NCBI GenBank assembly: GCA_050084515.1
Contig: CM114271.1
Coordinates: 28,830,001 to 28,894,000 of the forward strand
Length of the DNA: 64,000 nt
DNA from: Blasia pusilla
Lineage: Eukaryota
Reading direction: 5' to 3'
Shown: positions 1-12,270 of the stretch, piece after piece
Position numbering within the stretch: the first letter of the stretch is position 1
Layout: every line of letters starts with the position of its first letter
The notes under the pieces: generated by a model
Databases searched by the model: none
Told to the model about the DNA's origin: nothing
The model's input: the letters and a program-made list of their open reading frames with translations, nothing else
Translations under genes and position numbers: made by a program

Positions 1-1722
1 TACAACGTAATGAGAACCGTATGATCTTGTCCTCTCAAGACATATAACAAGGAGTCAGAATCACATACCCTAAAACCTAATTCTTGTAGGATATATGTAA
101 TCTTGTCATACCAAGCTCTTGGAGCTTGTTTAAGCTCGTATAGAGCTTTCTTCAACCTGCATACGCAAAATGGAAACTTGGGATGCTCATATCCAGATGG
201 TTGAGTCATATATACCTCCTCGTATAGATCTCCATTCAAGAAGACATTCTTGACGTCCATGTGATGTAATCTCCACTTCTTACTTATTACAACTGCATCC
301 ATTGTTCTTGTAGTCGCCATCTTTGCAACAGGTCTAAATGTTTCCTCATAATCAATGCCATATTGTCATGCATAGCCCTTAGCCATCAATCTCACTTTGT
401 ATTTGTTAATTGTACCATCTTCAATCCATTCGACTTTACTTGCAGCTTCTTCAAAACAGTTCGACTCCTGTTCTTGAAGGGTAGTCATCATGTATGTATG
501 ATGTGTTGCAAGGAAACTTTCATTTATGAATCTATGAACTGGATGTGTAACTCGATCTACAAAGTTTTTGTTGAGAGGTAGATGCTTCTGACACCTGACT
601 CGAGCTCTAACTAGTGTCAACAGACTCAATACGTACTCTTCCCATCCATGGACTCACAGATATAACTGATGAATCTAGGATTTCTCTGAATCCTGCACTA
701 GTACTTGGGGAAGTTGAAGGCAATGTCTGTTGATTTACAGTCATATTCTCCCCCTCAATAGACGAGTTTAGAGTTGGAATAGACTCAGATGGAGCATACC
801 ATGACTTTAGCTCATCAAAGACAACATCCTGACTAATAATAAGTTTCCTAGAGGATGGAATGTAGCACTTATACCCCTTAGTTCCATCAACATAGCCAAT
901 GAAGATACATCTTTCAAACTTGGGGTCTAATTTATGACGTCTCTCAGAAGGAACATGAGCATAACAAATACAACCAAATACTTTCAAGAAGGAAAAATGA
1001 GGTTTACTTCATGTGAAGACTTCAAATGGAGTTTTATCATGAACTTTTGCTGTTGGAGTTCGGTTGATTAAGAAGACTTCATATGCTACAGCCTCTGCCC
1101 AATACACCTTAGGCATGTTCTTCTCATTCAGTATAGCTCGTGCCGCTTCAGCAATATGTCGATTCTTCCTCTCAGCCCCTCCATTTTGTTGTGGAGTATA
1201 ACGGCAAGTCACTTGACGTTGGATGCCATTCTAATGTAAATAGTCATCAAACTCTGTTGAAAGATACTCTCCTCCTCCTTCACTACACAATTTCAGAATG
1301 TGTTCTCATGTCTGCTTCTCTACTAGAACTCTGAATGTTTGGAACACTGAGAATATCTCTTACTTAGATTTCTCAAAGTATACCCATATATACCTAGAGA
1401 AGTCATCAATAAATGAAACAAAGTATTGGCAACCACTAAGGCTATGTTGTGATGCTGTCCACATATCACTGTGGATCAACTCCAATATCCTGGATGCTCT
1501 TCTATCTTGCTTTGGGAAAGGAAATCTAGCTTGTTTTCCAAATTGGAAAGCATGACATATCTCTAATGTAGCAGGGATCGCTCATTTAGGCAGTCTTATT
1601 ACTATATTAGATGATGAAAGACTCTATAATCTTTGAAGATTCATATGTCCAATTCTTTTATGTCACACATTTAGATTTGTGACTTGTTGGCCGGTTTGAC
1701 CATACATTGTTGTTTGAATCTC

Positions 1723-2970
1723 TAATGTACAAGAGTTTACTGAGTTCGATCCCCTAGATGATCATTGTTTAGTGAAAAGAGAGTTTAAAATTACAATTCT
1801 CTGGCAATAGTTGTATTTAGGTGTGAATAATTTAGATTCAATATCTTATCAACGTATTCAAATATTTCTTAGTACCAAGGTTTCTTTTCTCAATTCTCTC
1901 TAGTGGAGTTGACATCACGCTCAAGTAGATTTCCCCTCGACATCAAGAAACCTCACAGAGATCTCAACAAGGAAGTTGGCTTTTCCTACTTTCAGAACTC
2001 AATCCGTCTTGGCAGGTTACTCTCTGTCAAACAGATTTCCTACAACTCCATGTTGATTATTCCATTAATGAGAAAGGTTCGCCTGATTCACTCTTCACTT
2101 TGCAGACCCAAAAAGAATGCTCAGACATAAGTATCGCACATCAGAATGAAGAAATGAGTGCTTTACTACTCCATCAAGAATGAGAAAGCTTCAAAGTGTA
2201 TACAAGCTTGAGAGGGTACTATTGCCTTGCTCGGACCATTCCTACAGCATAAGGACTTCGTGAAAGAATGATGATGATAACTACTTTCATGCTTCTTAAA
2301 TACTCTGTGAAGTAGAAGTGTTCCAAAGATTCGAAGTGTTCTTGATGAAGCTGGTGTCTGTTCAATATTTGTAACTATCTAGATCTATGGTACTCTTTTC
2401 TTTTCCTATGATCCCTATGAATCTGCTGAGCATAAGTGTACTAACTTCCTATTTGATACAAAAAGTCGCGCCTCTTCCTAATCTAACTGTTCTGACAATG
2501 TGTCGCTTGAAATCACTTTGAGTCTTAGCTTCGCTTTGCTGCGAAGTCTGAACCTCTTTTGCTTCACTTGAGGACGGAGCTCTTTCTCCTGATTTGAAGA
2601 CAAAGCGCTCCATTCTTCGCTCTTGTTCCACTTGCTTCGTTCTTCGTGCTTTGCTAAAGAGCGAAGTACTTCTTCATCATGCTTCGTTTGAGAGCGAAGC
2701 TCTTCATTAATAAGTTCGTAATAAGGCTTCGTTGTCTTTTCCAAGCTTCGTGCTAGGTCTTGAGACTTCGTTTATGTATTTTTCTCTCCTCTAAGGCAAA
2801 TCCTTGATTATCTACCTCTCTGCCTTGTCCTTGTCACTTTAATCTCACTCATTCTTCTCGATAATAATATATAATAATAACCATAATATCAAAATCATAG
2901 TGTATATACAAGAATTCTTTGAATAAAAAAATATAAATCTTCAAAAGTACAAAATTGTGGGTATCACACA
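1723..2970. mobile_element. Probable solo LTR inserted in the copia pol
   Basis: The copia frame (..KLYVSMLEI / EIQTTMYG..HKRIGH) is split by a 1.25-kb insert flanked by a 5-bp direct repeat ATCTC (1718-1722 and 2971-2975). The insert ends are TA..(probable TG>TA) and ..CA. Confidence 0.65.
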
Positions 2971-4846
2971 ATCTCTAGCATAGAAACATATAATTTGAAC
3001 ATTCTGCCATATCTAGTTCCTTTGGCTATCGTAGTCTGGTCATCCATTGTTTCAATGAAATAAACATCTGCGTTAAACTTCACTTGATAACCCTGTTCTA
3101 CTATCTGTCCTATAGAGATCAGATTTCTTGCATTGTAGGAACATAGAGAACATTTCCAAGAGCACAAAGACCATTTGATGTTATTGGAACTTTACTGGTA
3201 TGCGTGATATGATGTTGAGTGTCGTTTCCTCTGAGCACAATTGCAGGATCTTTCACCGGCTCTAGACTACTGAATCATTTAGCTTGTGAGGTCATATGAT
3301 TTGATGCACCGGAGTCAATGTACCGATCTGTTGTTGAGTCTTTCTTGACCATTGCTCCCATATGATGAGTCATGACCAAGAGATGCTTAGTTTGTGAATG
3401 TTGTTGTTCTTGGTACTGCTCTTGGTGTTGTTGCTCCACATAGTTTTGTTGCTGTAAGGCTCGTGTTCTCATATCTGCCTTCTTCTTGAATCAAAATTTT
3501 GCATAATGACCCTTTATCCCACAATAATTGCAAGATCTAGGGATCCTCTAGTGCTGACTTAAATCCCAACGGTTTCCATCATCATCACCTTGTGATTGTG
3601 TCAAGTATTAGTTCGTAGTTGATTGAGTAAGATTATATTGAGTGTCTCTTCCTCCATATGCTTGATATCCACCATGACCACGGAAGTTTCTACCACGACC
3701 TCTGCCTCTGTTTGTTCCATAACCTGCAAATAGCAAACTTTCTTGCACACTAGACGAGCTATCGCTGCCTACTAGGCGTATCTCTTCACTTATTAAAAAA
3801 TGGACTAACTCTTGAAAGGTTGAATACTTCTCTCTTATAGAAATAGAGGTCTCAAAGGACTTGTAATTCTTTGGAAGGCCTTGAAGAGGGAACAAAGTTA
3901 GATCATCATCTTCTACTGTCACTCCAATGCCATTCAACTAATCAACAATATGTTTGATACTCAAAATATAATCATTGATGCTCTACAATCCTTTCCTCGC
4001 TTCATTCAATTGTTGTTTCAATTGAAATTTTTGGCCTTTGTAGATGTTTGGAACATCTTTTCCAATGCATCCTAGGCCTCCTTCAAAATATCAACATCTT
4101 GAATGTGACCTATCATTGGCAAACTGATCGTTATTGAAATGTAGTGGATTACTTGGCTTGCGCGTTTGTTCTAGGCGCAAACATTCAAGTCTGTTGAATC
4201 ACTTTCTAGCTTGGTCTCATCACTTGTGACAAGCTCCCATAGTGCTTGACCCATGAGAAATTATTTCATGCGAAACTTCCAGACATTGTAATTCTTCTTA
4301 TCTAGCTTCTCGCCTGTGATTGCTGTTGAGGAATATTCTATGACAAACGATTTCACTCACAAAATGTAATTTCAGGCTCTCCTACTGCTCCAATTGAAGC
4401 ATAGATCACTCCTACATAGAAATCGACCTGAAATTTGCCAAAATTGATCATTTGTATGAAAGAACTAGTCGAAATTGGCATGTAGAGAGCAAACTGCACA
4501 ACTTTTCTTCACTAATTGATCTTTCCTACACTGAAATTGCTACTGCATGGGCTGGAGTATGTCAAAATTGAGTGATTTTGGGTGCGTTGGAAAGCTCTCA
4601 ATGAGCTCTACAAGAAAACTAGAATAAGCCTTTTGCAATGGCATCGTTGTTGCAGACCCTGATGGCTAAATCGACCAGGAAAGCCCTAAAAAATGCCTCC
4701 AAAGTTTTATCACCATCAAGGCTCCACCTAAAATCTGCACCCACTGAGCTCTGAACAAAATTTCCCTCTCCCAAACTGAAATTGTGTCTTCTCTTGCCTC
4801 TCTTCTCTCCTTAAACATCAAGAATTTCAAGTGATGTTCCCCTATC

Positions 4847-4858
4847 GCTCTGATACCA
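4847..4858 (-). promoter_or_regulatory. Copia primer-binding site (tRNA-iMet)
   Basis: Minus strand reads ..CA|TGGTATCAGAGC directly after the LTR end. A TATATAA box lies on the minus strand at ~4972-4978. Confidence 0.9.
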
Positions 4859-4993
4859 TGTGGAAAACTGCTAAAGAAGCATAATTGATGGGAAACGGCT
4901 CTCATACTCACACACCACCATGAAGAAAAATTTTTTAATGAGAGAATGAGTGGAGACTGGTCCCCTTCTCAATTATATAGGGTATGTACAAGC

Positions 4994-5106
4994 AACCCTA
5001 ATCCTAATCCTAATCCTAATCCTAATCCCAATCTCAATCCTAATCCTAATCCTAATCCCAACCCTAACCCTAATCCTAATCTTAACCCTAACCCTAACTA
5101 ACCCTA
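4994..5106 (+). repeat. Telomere-like hexamer array (CCTAAT/CCCTAA)n, about 19 units
   Basis: Directly visible: aaccctaatcctaatcctaat...aaccctaaccctaa. Confidence 0.9.
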
Positions 5107-5159
5107 GTTAAGATAATCATGCTTAACTGACTAACCAAGATTAAGCTTCCCTACTTTGT

Positions 5160-6154
5160 GTGAGTACAAAATGTAGCAGTTCAGGTGTCTCATGAGCTTG
5201 ACTATAACTCAATCTTCAATACCTTTGAGGGAGAGGATGGTGTCTTTGCTTCACAACAAGCTATTTTGCCTATTTATTTGGAGTGGTGGAACTTTCCTCT
5301 ATAGTCGCATCTGCTCTCGCAGCCTTTTTGGGGAGCTGGGCGTTGGTAGCACCGATTATGGCTTCAAGGTTTCTCCAAGCAGATACACCTATCTTGATGG
5401 ATCATATCGCCCATGTAGAGGAGGGAGACTTGTTATTTCAACATCAACTGAGATCTACACAAGCTCTTCTTCCTCTTGCTACACAAGCAATTCTAAGCCC
5501 TTTTAGTCAACTAATTACGGAAGGGCTTAATCGACTTCAAGAGCATATCTCCAAGAATTTGCATCAAATGAACTTTTCCAACATTCTCTCCGAGGCATCC
5601 TCTGACGCTAATCAAGCTCGTCTACGTTCATGTGCGGGTACCACAACGGGTGCGTGGCTTACTGCAAATCCTGTTATTCTTCCATTTCATCTTCCTCGAA
5701 GTATATTCTCGATAGCTTTGTGGTTACGTCTTGGACTTCCCCATACTTCTTTCTTAGGTGTGCCAAATTGTGTATGCGGGGATCCCATTGATACCAATGA
5801 TATCCATATTTTTTGACGTGCACATGGTGGAGAACGAACGGCCACACATGATGTCATTAGAGAGGCGGTAGCATTGGTGGTTCGTACTGCAAGATACACC
5901 GTTGGGCAAGAGCAACTCTATGTCCTACCTTCAACCACACAAGCAACCTCTCGTCGAAGAGTGGATCTTGTTATGTCTCGAGGTGGATTCCGGACACTAG
6001 GTGATATGGTGCTTGCTGATCCAACACGTTCTGACTTGGTGTGTCGAGCCGCACATACCAAAGGTTTGGCGACCGAAGCAGCAACAAGAATCAAGGAGTT
6101 AAGTTACGTTGTGAGACATGCGACTGATGGATTATTCCTTTGCAATAGAAGTAT
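5160..6154 (+). mobile_element. CRE-clade-like non-LTR retrotransposon fragment (post-RT region, zinc finger and restriction-like endonuclease), left part
   Basis: Translated motifs QQAILPI, AAFLGSW, ARLRSCAG..GAWL, LRLGLP, CVCGDPID...H..(C)..GGER...HD, RRVDL, D...DPT and K...Y match the RLE C-terminus of CRE/Cnl1-like elements. Interrupted by the gypsy insertion at 6155. Confidence 0.75.
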
Positions 6155-6670
6155 TGCCACGTCTTTTAGAATAGGTCGTGGAGATATAGTAGAGCACCTT
6201 CGTGAGTAGTGGAGGACACGCTCAGTAGGTCGAGGATGACCTGATGAGGCCCCGAGAAACCTGAGAGAGCAGGTTTCCCCTTCGTTTCGACTCATTTGGA
6301 GCCATATTGAGGAACTTACTATTTTAGGTAAGTATTATTTTGAGTATATGATCGACTTTCTATTTTTGGTAAGTGATAATTGACCTCCTACATTAGGTCA
6401 AGAGCCAAGGAGGTGACTTGGGAGAATAGGTTACCATGGAGAGAGCTTGGGAGAGGGGAGGGGTATACCTCAAGGAGAGAGAGCTTGAGAGCTCATTCTC
6501 TCTTTGTTGAACCTCTTGGCATGAGGCGGCGGAACTATGGTCCCTTGCCTTGTGAGTGTAACCCAAGCCTCTCATTAGGAGAGTGGGTTTGGTTTGACAT
6601 GAGAGAGAGTGCAGACCTTTGAGAACTATGGTGTGAGATGGTGTAGAGAGAGATTGGATCTTACTTTACA
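6155..6670 (+). repeat. Terminal repeat A1 of copy 1
   Basis: Highly similar to 15979-16492; ends ..cttactttaCA. Confidence 0.9.
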
Positions 6671-7249
6671 AAGAGAGAATGAGAGAGTGAGAGAGCTTCA
6701 TAGGGGAGCTCGCTGGTCACTCGCTGTTTTTCCAGGTTGGGGACCGTGCTTCCCATTCAACGGCTCATGGGAGTGCTCACCGGAGCAAGGGCTGCTTTGA
6801 TTGTTCTTTGCATTTGCCGATTTTTCGTGTGGAAGAGTGGCGCGCGAAAACGTAGCCCAAGTTCTGATAGGGATTGATTATGGGGGCAGGTTGCCCCATG
6901 TCGGTGCTCTCGGGAGCACCATGTAGCTTGCTGATTTGTATTTTTATAGGTTTTACATTTTGGTTGGGAGAAATCAGCACGGAAGCGTTGCCCAATTTTG
7001 TGTAGGAGAAAGAGACATTGGGCATTACGACAGTCCCCGTCAATTTTTACTGGAATGTCCAATTCCAAAAAATTTGACGTTGTTGTAGATCGTAAAGCTA
7101 TGCATGTTGTGCAACAAACAATGCGCAATTTAGAGTTGCGAGTAAAAAGTTATGGTCAATATTGCAAAACTGCCATTGCTAGGCGATTTTTAGGGTTAAA
7201 TTGTTCAAACCCTAAACCAGCGGCCATGCCGGCGGCAGCCGTCGCCGCA

Positions 7250-7355
7250 CCGTCACCGATCAATGGTCAACCATCACTATGGATGGTCAACCATCACCAT
7301 CAACGGTCCGTCGTCACCATCAACGGTCTACCGTCACTGTCAACGGTCCACCGTC
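7250..7355 (+). repeat. Degenerate ~20-bp tandem repeat (ccatcaccatcaacggtcnn), about 5 units, in the gypsy 5' leader
   Basis: Directly visible. Confidence 0.7.
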
Positions 7356-8146
7356 CACCGGCCACCGTCGGCCGTTGCCGTTGCCCAGCGTTGCTCAGAG
7401 CTGCATTCGGCCGTTTTCCACCCTTTGGTTGCCATTGCCGCCATTACGAAGTGGAGGGTCTTCCACGACCATCGTTGATTCTCTGACTTGCGCCGCCACC
7501 ACGTACTTTGGTTTGGCCGCCACCGTCATCGCAGTTTCGTCATCAACCAGTGATGATAGATGACCTCCAGTTATGGTGTTTGAGTTTTGATTTCATGTTG
7601 CTATGTTGTGATTGGTAGCCTCCCGACGACGATCAAGTACCGTGCCTTGACGCCCGTAGCTGCAACGCGCCGCCGATTGCCGCGCCGTGCCGCTCGTGGC
7701 CGCACAACACCGTCGATCGCGGAGCCGCACCGTCATTGTGGAGCAGAGTGTGGGTTTATTTTTTATTGAGGAGGATATGCCACCGAGTGCCGCATCCCAC
7801 CATCGAGGGCCATGCCGTTCGTAGCTGTTTTGTGCCGCCTCCAATGCCGCACCGTTTCGCTGGAACCGCACTGTCCATCAAGGATTTTTAAGCATCGTCA
7901 GTACGGGAGGAGTATGACTTGTTGATTGGAGGAGTTGTCTCCACAACCAAGTTGGGGTCGAGATTTGCAGTTGCTGAGGAGCGACATCAACATGTGTTCA
8001 GGTTACCCGTTTTGGTCCTTTACCCTACACGTGTGAGGGATTCTGGGATTTTGGTAGTTTATTTGGGGATATTGGGTGTGTGGATGCTGAGAGCATCATT
8101 TATGTATGTGGTTTAGGGGACATAGACCTGTGTGGGATGTCTGGAG

Positions 8147-8405
8147 TTGAGGGTAGGTTGTCGATGAGATGATAGCCTGGTCGATTTGCCGCACCACGCT
8201 GCTTATTGCCGCACGTTACACGTCTCCGGGAGGGAGAGTGTAGATCGAGTGCCGCATGTTTGGGATGAGTGATTGAGGGTAGGTTGTCGATGAGATGATA
8301 GCCTGGTCAATTTGCCGCACCACCCCGCTTGTTGCCGCACGTTACACGTCTCAGGGAGGGAGAGTGTAGATCGAGTGCCGCATGTTTGGGATGAGTGATT
8401 GAGGG
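8147..8405 (+). repeat. 126-bp tandem duplication upstream of gag
   Basis: Units start at 8147 and 8273, with a partial third at 8399 (ttgaggg..). Confidence 0.9.
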
Positions 8406-11319
8406 ATTACTTGCGAGGTTGAAAGTGATCGTGTGAGATGCGTGTAGAGAAGTTTGTGCACGAGGCACGAGGGCCATCAGGGCGTCCTTTCAGGATTTTG
8501 AGAGGCAAGGTAGTGGACCCGAGAATAGCTTTGGAGGGTTTGCCCGGAGTGGTGCGAGGTTTCGAGAGTCTCCACGTGAGAGACCATCTCGATCTCCTTC
8601 TGTGTCGTCTTCAGACGAGGGGGAGTGTGTAGAAGAGTTTGTGAGCACATCGCCACACATTGTGAGTGGTCCTATTAGGTGCACGTACGAGATGGACGAT
8701 CGGGGTAGAGGACCATGTAGGTTTTCAGGTGTAGTAGGCACGATTGAGTTGCACAATTTCATAGCAGAGTTTAGGAGTTGGTGCGACTCCTAGCGGGCCA
8801 CGAACTCTAGAGAGTTCAACCCTTTTACAGCATGGAACGGTATGTTCCAACATTTAGAGGGGACGCCCATGGACAATTACCATGAGTTCTCTCAAAGATA
8901 TGCACGTGAGATCGAGGCGTGGAGGCTCTACTATGATCCACATTATGTGTCATGGATGGAGCTGTTCCCAGATGAGGAGGAGAAGTCAAGAGAGGCTACT
9001 TCCTCTTCCACTAGTGATGTTTTAGGAGGGGTCACTCGTACGGGAGCAATTGGACCGTCTCGTCGGGTTCGTCCCAAGTTCAACCCTGTGGTTGAGTTCT
9101 TTGTTGAGTTGAGGGCGAGCTACCAGGGGATACGGATGGAGAAGTTGCGGAGCATCCACGACTTCCAGAGGCGCCCGGGTGAGAGTTTGTGTGAGGCTTA
9201 CACTCGCTTCCACCGATTGATCAACGTCACTCAGGGGGTGACAGAGGCTCAGGCTATCCAGTCATGGTACGCGATGCTGGACCGGATCCTGCGGACACAG
9301 GTGCGGGAGGGGGTGCTTCTTATGAACATCTCCCCTACGTTGAGAAATGTTTTTAGGACTGCCAAGAACATTGAGCGCAACATGGCGGAGGAGAGCGTAA
9401 CCACCATGGGTTCTGGGCGAGAGCAATCACGATTGACTGCACTACCTGTGCAGTAACGTGGACTTAGAGATAGGTCAACTGTGGCACCACGAGCTCAAGG
9501 AGGATGCCGGGAGGCCGTGCCACAGAAACCTGCGCCTTCATATGCGGCTCAGCAAAAGCCGCCTTCTATTACTTGTTGGTCATGTGGTGGAGCCCATCAT
9601 CAACGCGATTGCACTTGTCAGGGTCATGGACGTGTGTCTCAGCATGGAGGAGGAGATGGTGCTGCACTAGGAGGTTATCAGTGTGACTATTGTCAGAGGT
9701 ATGGTCATACACGCGCGAGGTGTTTCACTTTACATCCTGAGTTACGTCCGGACCGAGGGCCACAGAGAGCACCACAGCGAGTAGCCGGTCCGAGTGGGCT
9801 ACAGATCGTGCACCAGGTGGTCCCGTTGGGAGACAAGGAGCTGGAGTTTCCCAATAGGGTCGTGGAGCTGCCCGTGGAGGAGGTAGAGTCCTTCCACCTA
9901 GACGCGTCGAGGGAGATGCCGGGCGTGAGGCTAGGATGGAGCAGCCAGAGATATGGAGGATCCTGGTTGGATGTGCGGGGTTGCCCACATGGAGGCCGCC
10001 GCAGTTGTGACGGGTGGAGCAGCCGCAGAGTTGGATCCACAGCAAGGGGAAGCCAAGAAATAGACTAGACTTCCTCAATCTTTCACGTTGTCCGAGGCGA
10101 TAAGGACCCCATCGATGGGTCTGGATTAGAGTTCCTGAAGATTTGGTGACGTTGTTGGTGTGCAAGCACAAAGGGCGATGGGAGAAGCGAGTGCAACGAC
10201 TCCTGTTGTTGATGCTCAGGAGGGGCATGTGTCGAGCACGTTGTTGGGGGCGGCCACCATTGTGTACCGCGCTCCTTTATTTTCTGCGTCTGATGTTATG
10301 ACGTAGGGGGGTACGCCCGCCGAGGCTTTTCGGCTGGCCGCTACGCTATGTGAGTGTGGAGTTGGAGTTCCTGCATCACGTTCAGAGGTGATTGCAGAGG
10401 AGATGATGGACCTGCCCTTGGAGTGGATACTCGGGCTGTCCACGTCAGATTCATGGTAGGCTGTGGTTGCTAGGATGGCGGAGATGCCCGCTAGACCCGC
10501 GATAGAGTGTGCCATGGCTTCTCCTGGTGTTGTGTTTTTTGGTTAACCGAGGAGAGGTCTTCCAATTGGTGAGTCCCGGAGGTAGAGCTTTTAGTCCGCA
10601 GCACATTTTGTTGGATTTAGGAGCGCAACCCTTGATGTTGGGAAAAGCGTCATTCAAAGGATTGGGCTTGACGAGAGCCGATGTGGAGCGTTGTCCATTG
10701 CGGATACAGACATCCTTGGGTGGAGCGAGTACCACATAGTATATCACCCGACAGGAGGTCGTGGTGAGGATTTGCCCGGGACATCCTACAGATGAGTCTG
10801 TGGTGCGAGCCAAGGCAATAGTGACTAATGTAGAGTCCTACGATGTCTTGGTTGGTGGAGCAGTGTTATACCCGATGGGGTTTTCCCTGGATTACTGGGC
10901 AGAGTCAACGTCCTACAGACCAGGATGGCAGTCAATGATGGATGACTTAGCTCATTACCCGTTCGATTCACATGTGCAGTGATCGAGCAACGGCCAGGAG
11001 TGATGGCGACCTTAGTAGCATTTAGCAGTGCCATTACTTTGCCTAGTGATTTGATTGAGGGACATGTCCATGCAGAAGATACTCCCGTTCCTGACATTTC
11101 TATGGAGACGAGTGTTATGGTAGTCGCATCATTCCGTGGAGGAGAGGTGCCGTTGTGGGGCTCGACTAAGGAGCTTCAACGATTGGCAGATGAGCACGTG
11201 CAAACCGCATGGAGCAAGGTGTTTGCACCGGAGCATGACGGGTCTGAGGAACCCGAGGTAGCAGGGAGTGCTACCATGATACCCTTGGATACCACACCCA
11301 TTGTGTGGTGTACCCCGGA

Positions 11320-12270
11320 GGAGGGTATTCGAGTGTTAGATCTCTTTGGAGGAATTAGCATCGCGTTAGCTGCTGTTTTGCAAGCAGGAATGCGAGTACA
11401 ATAGTACCTATATGTGGAGAGTGATGATGTTGCGAGGCGCATCTCATTACAACATGTGGCGCAGTTACGCCTACGTTTTCCTGACTTATTGTTTGCGTCC
11501 GTGATACAGGGATACCAGAGTTCCCTACCAAGGGATATTTCGTTGTTGGGGGCGCAGGACTTACAGCGGGTAGGGACCATTGATTTGGTCATTTCTGGTT
11601 GGCCATGTCAGGGCCAATCGAGTGCTGGATAAGGCAGCGGGTTGGCTGATACTCGATCCATGTTGTTTTGGGAGATGTTGAGGGTCTTATGGCAGTTGTA
11701 GGAGCACCACTCTCGTTCTCCAGCCTACATTCTGGAGAATGTGCCCATCTTAGGAGACTCCAGGTCACGGGTCGTAACGAGTGCTCATCAAGTGTGTGCC
11801 TAGATCGGCCCAACAATGTTCTTGGATGTGGCGAGTATAGGTTCTAGAGCCCATCGCCCCCGTTTATGGTGGACCAACTTGGTGCCCCATACGATGTTAT
11901 GGAGGGCGTATGCGAGAGTGGAGTGCCCCTCCCATTTGTTAGTGGATTCCATTCTGAATGCAGGTCGTCGATCACAGGCAGTGAGGCACAATGATCCACC
12001 ACCGTTGACTGTGGTGAACAGGGTAGGCAGGCCGTGGGCAGCCTTTCCCACGTTTGTGAGTTTTCCCGCTTCCTATGCATACAAGAAGGCCCGTCCTGGC
12101 TTGGTTTGGGATGACCAGGTTCAGAGGTTGGTGGAGCCCAACGCCAACGAGAGAGAGTGGGCAATGGGATTCCCCCCAGGAGTGACGGCAATCCCGTCAG
12201 TATCAGAGGCATCACGACGCCATGTCTTGGGTCAGGCGATGGACCTGAACTATTTGACATGGATCTTTAG
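11320..12270 (+). pseudogene. DNMT3-like C5-cytosine methyltransferase domain within Pol
   Basis: Motif I VLDLFGG (11333-11353), motif IV GWPCQ (PCQ 11603-11611), motif VI ENV (11735-11743), motif VIII AHRPRLWWTNL (11849-11881), motif IX ERE.AMGFP, motif X RRHVLGQAMD. Same reading frame as RT, broken only by in-frame stops. Confidence 0.9.

Larger units (their letters stand above)
1..5153 (-). mobile_element. Degenerate Ty1/copia LTR retrotransposon (5' LTR, PBS, gag, protease, integrase, RT; continues past the left edge)
   Basis: Minus-strand fragments: gag (3608-3937), CCHC-like knuckle (~3500-3535), protease YIDSGASNHMT (~3290-3325), integrase YTPQQNGGAERKNR and VFGCICYAHVP (607-1212), RT region around KYKVRLMAKGY (~370-400) and below. 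Many stops and frameshifts. The outer LTR edge (~5153) is uncertain. Confidence 0.9.

Noticed and set aside
6380-6622. Duplicated 80-aa ORF (also 16204-16446)
   Set aside because: It lies inside repeat A, starts at a non-ATG codon and has no recognisable motif.
7250-7355. CRISPR-like array
   Set aside because: Contiguous degenerate tandem units with no unique spacers, in a eukaryotic context with no cas genes.
6998-7871. GC-rich overlapping ORFs in the gypsy leader as a possible extra or env-like gene
   Set aside because: They are explained by low-complexity repeats; no domain is recognisable and copy 2 has no counterpart.
11320-12270. Host DRM/DNMT3 gene or bacterial restriction-modification methylase
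   Set aside because: It is intronless, in frame with RT, at the same position in two element copies, not circularly permuted like DRM, and has no cognate nuclease nearby.
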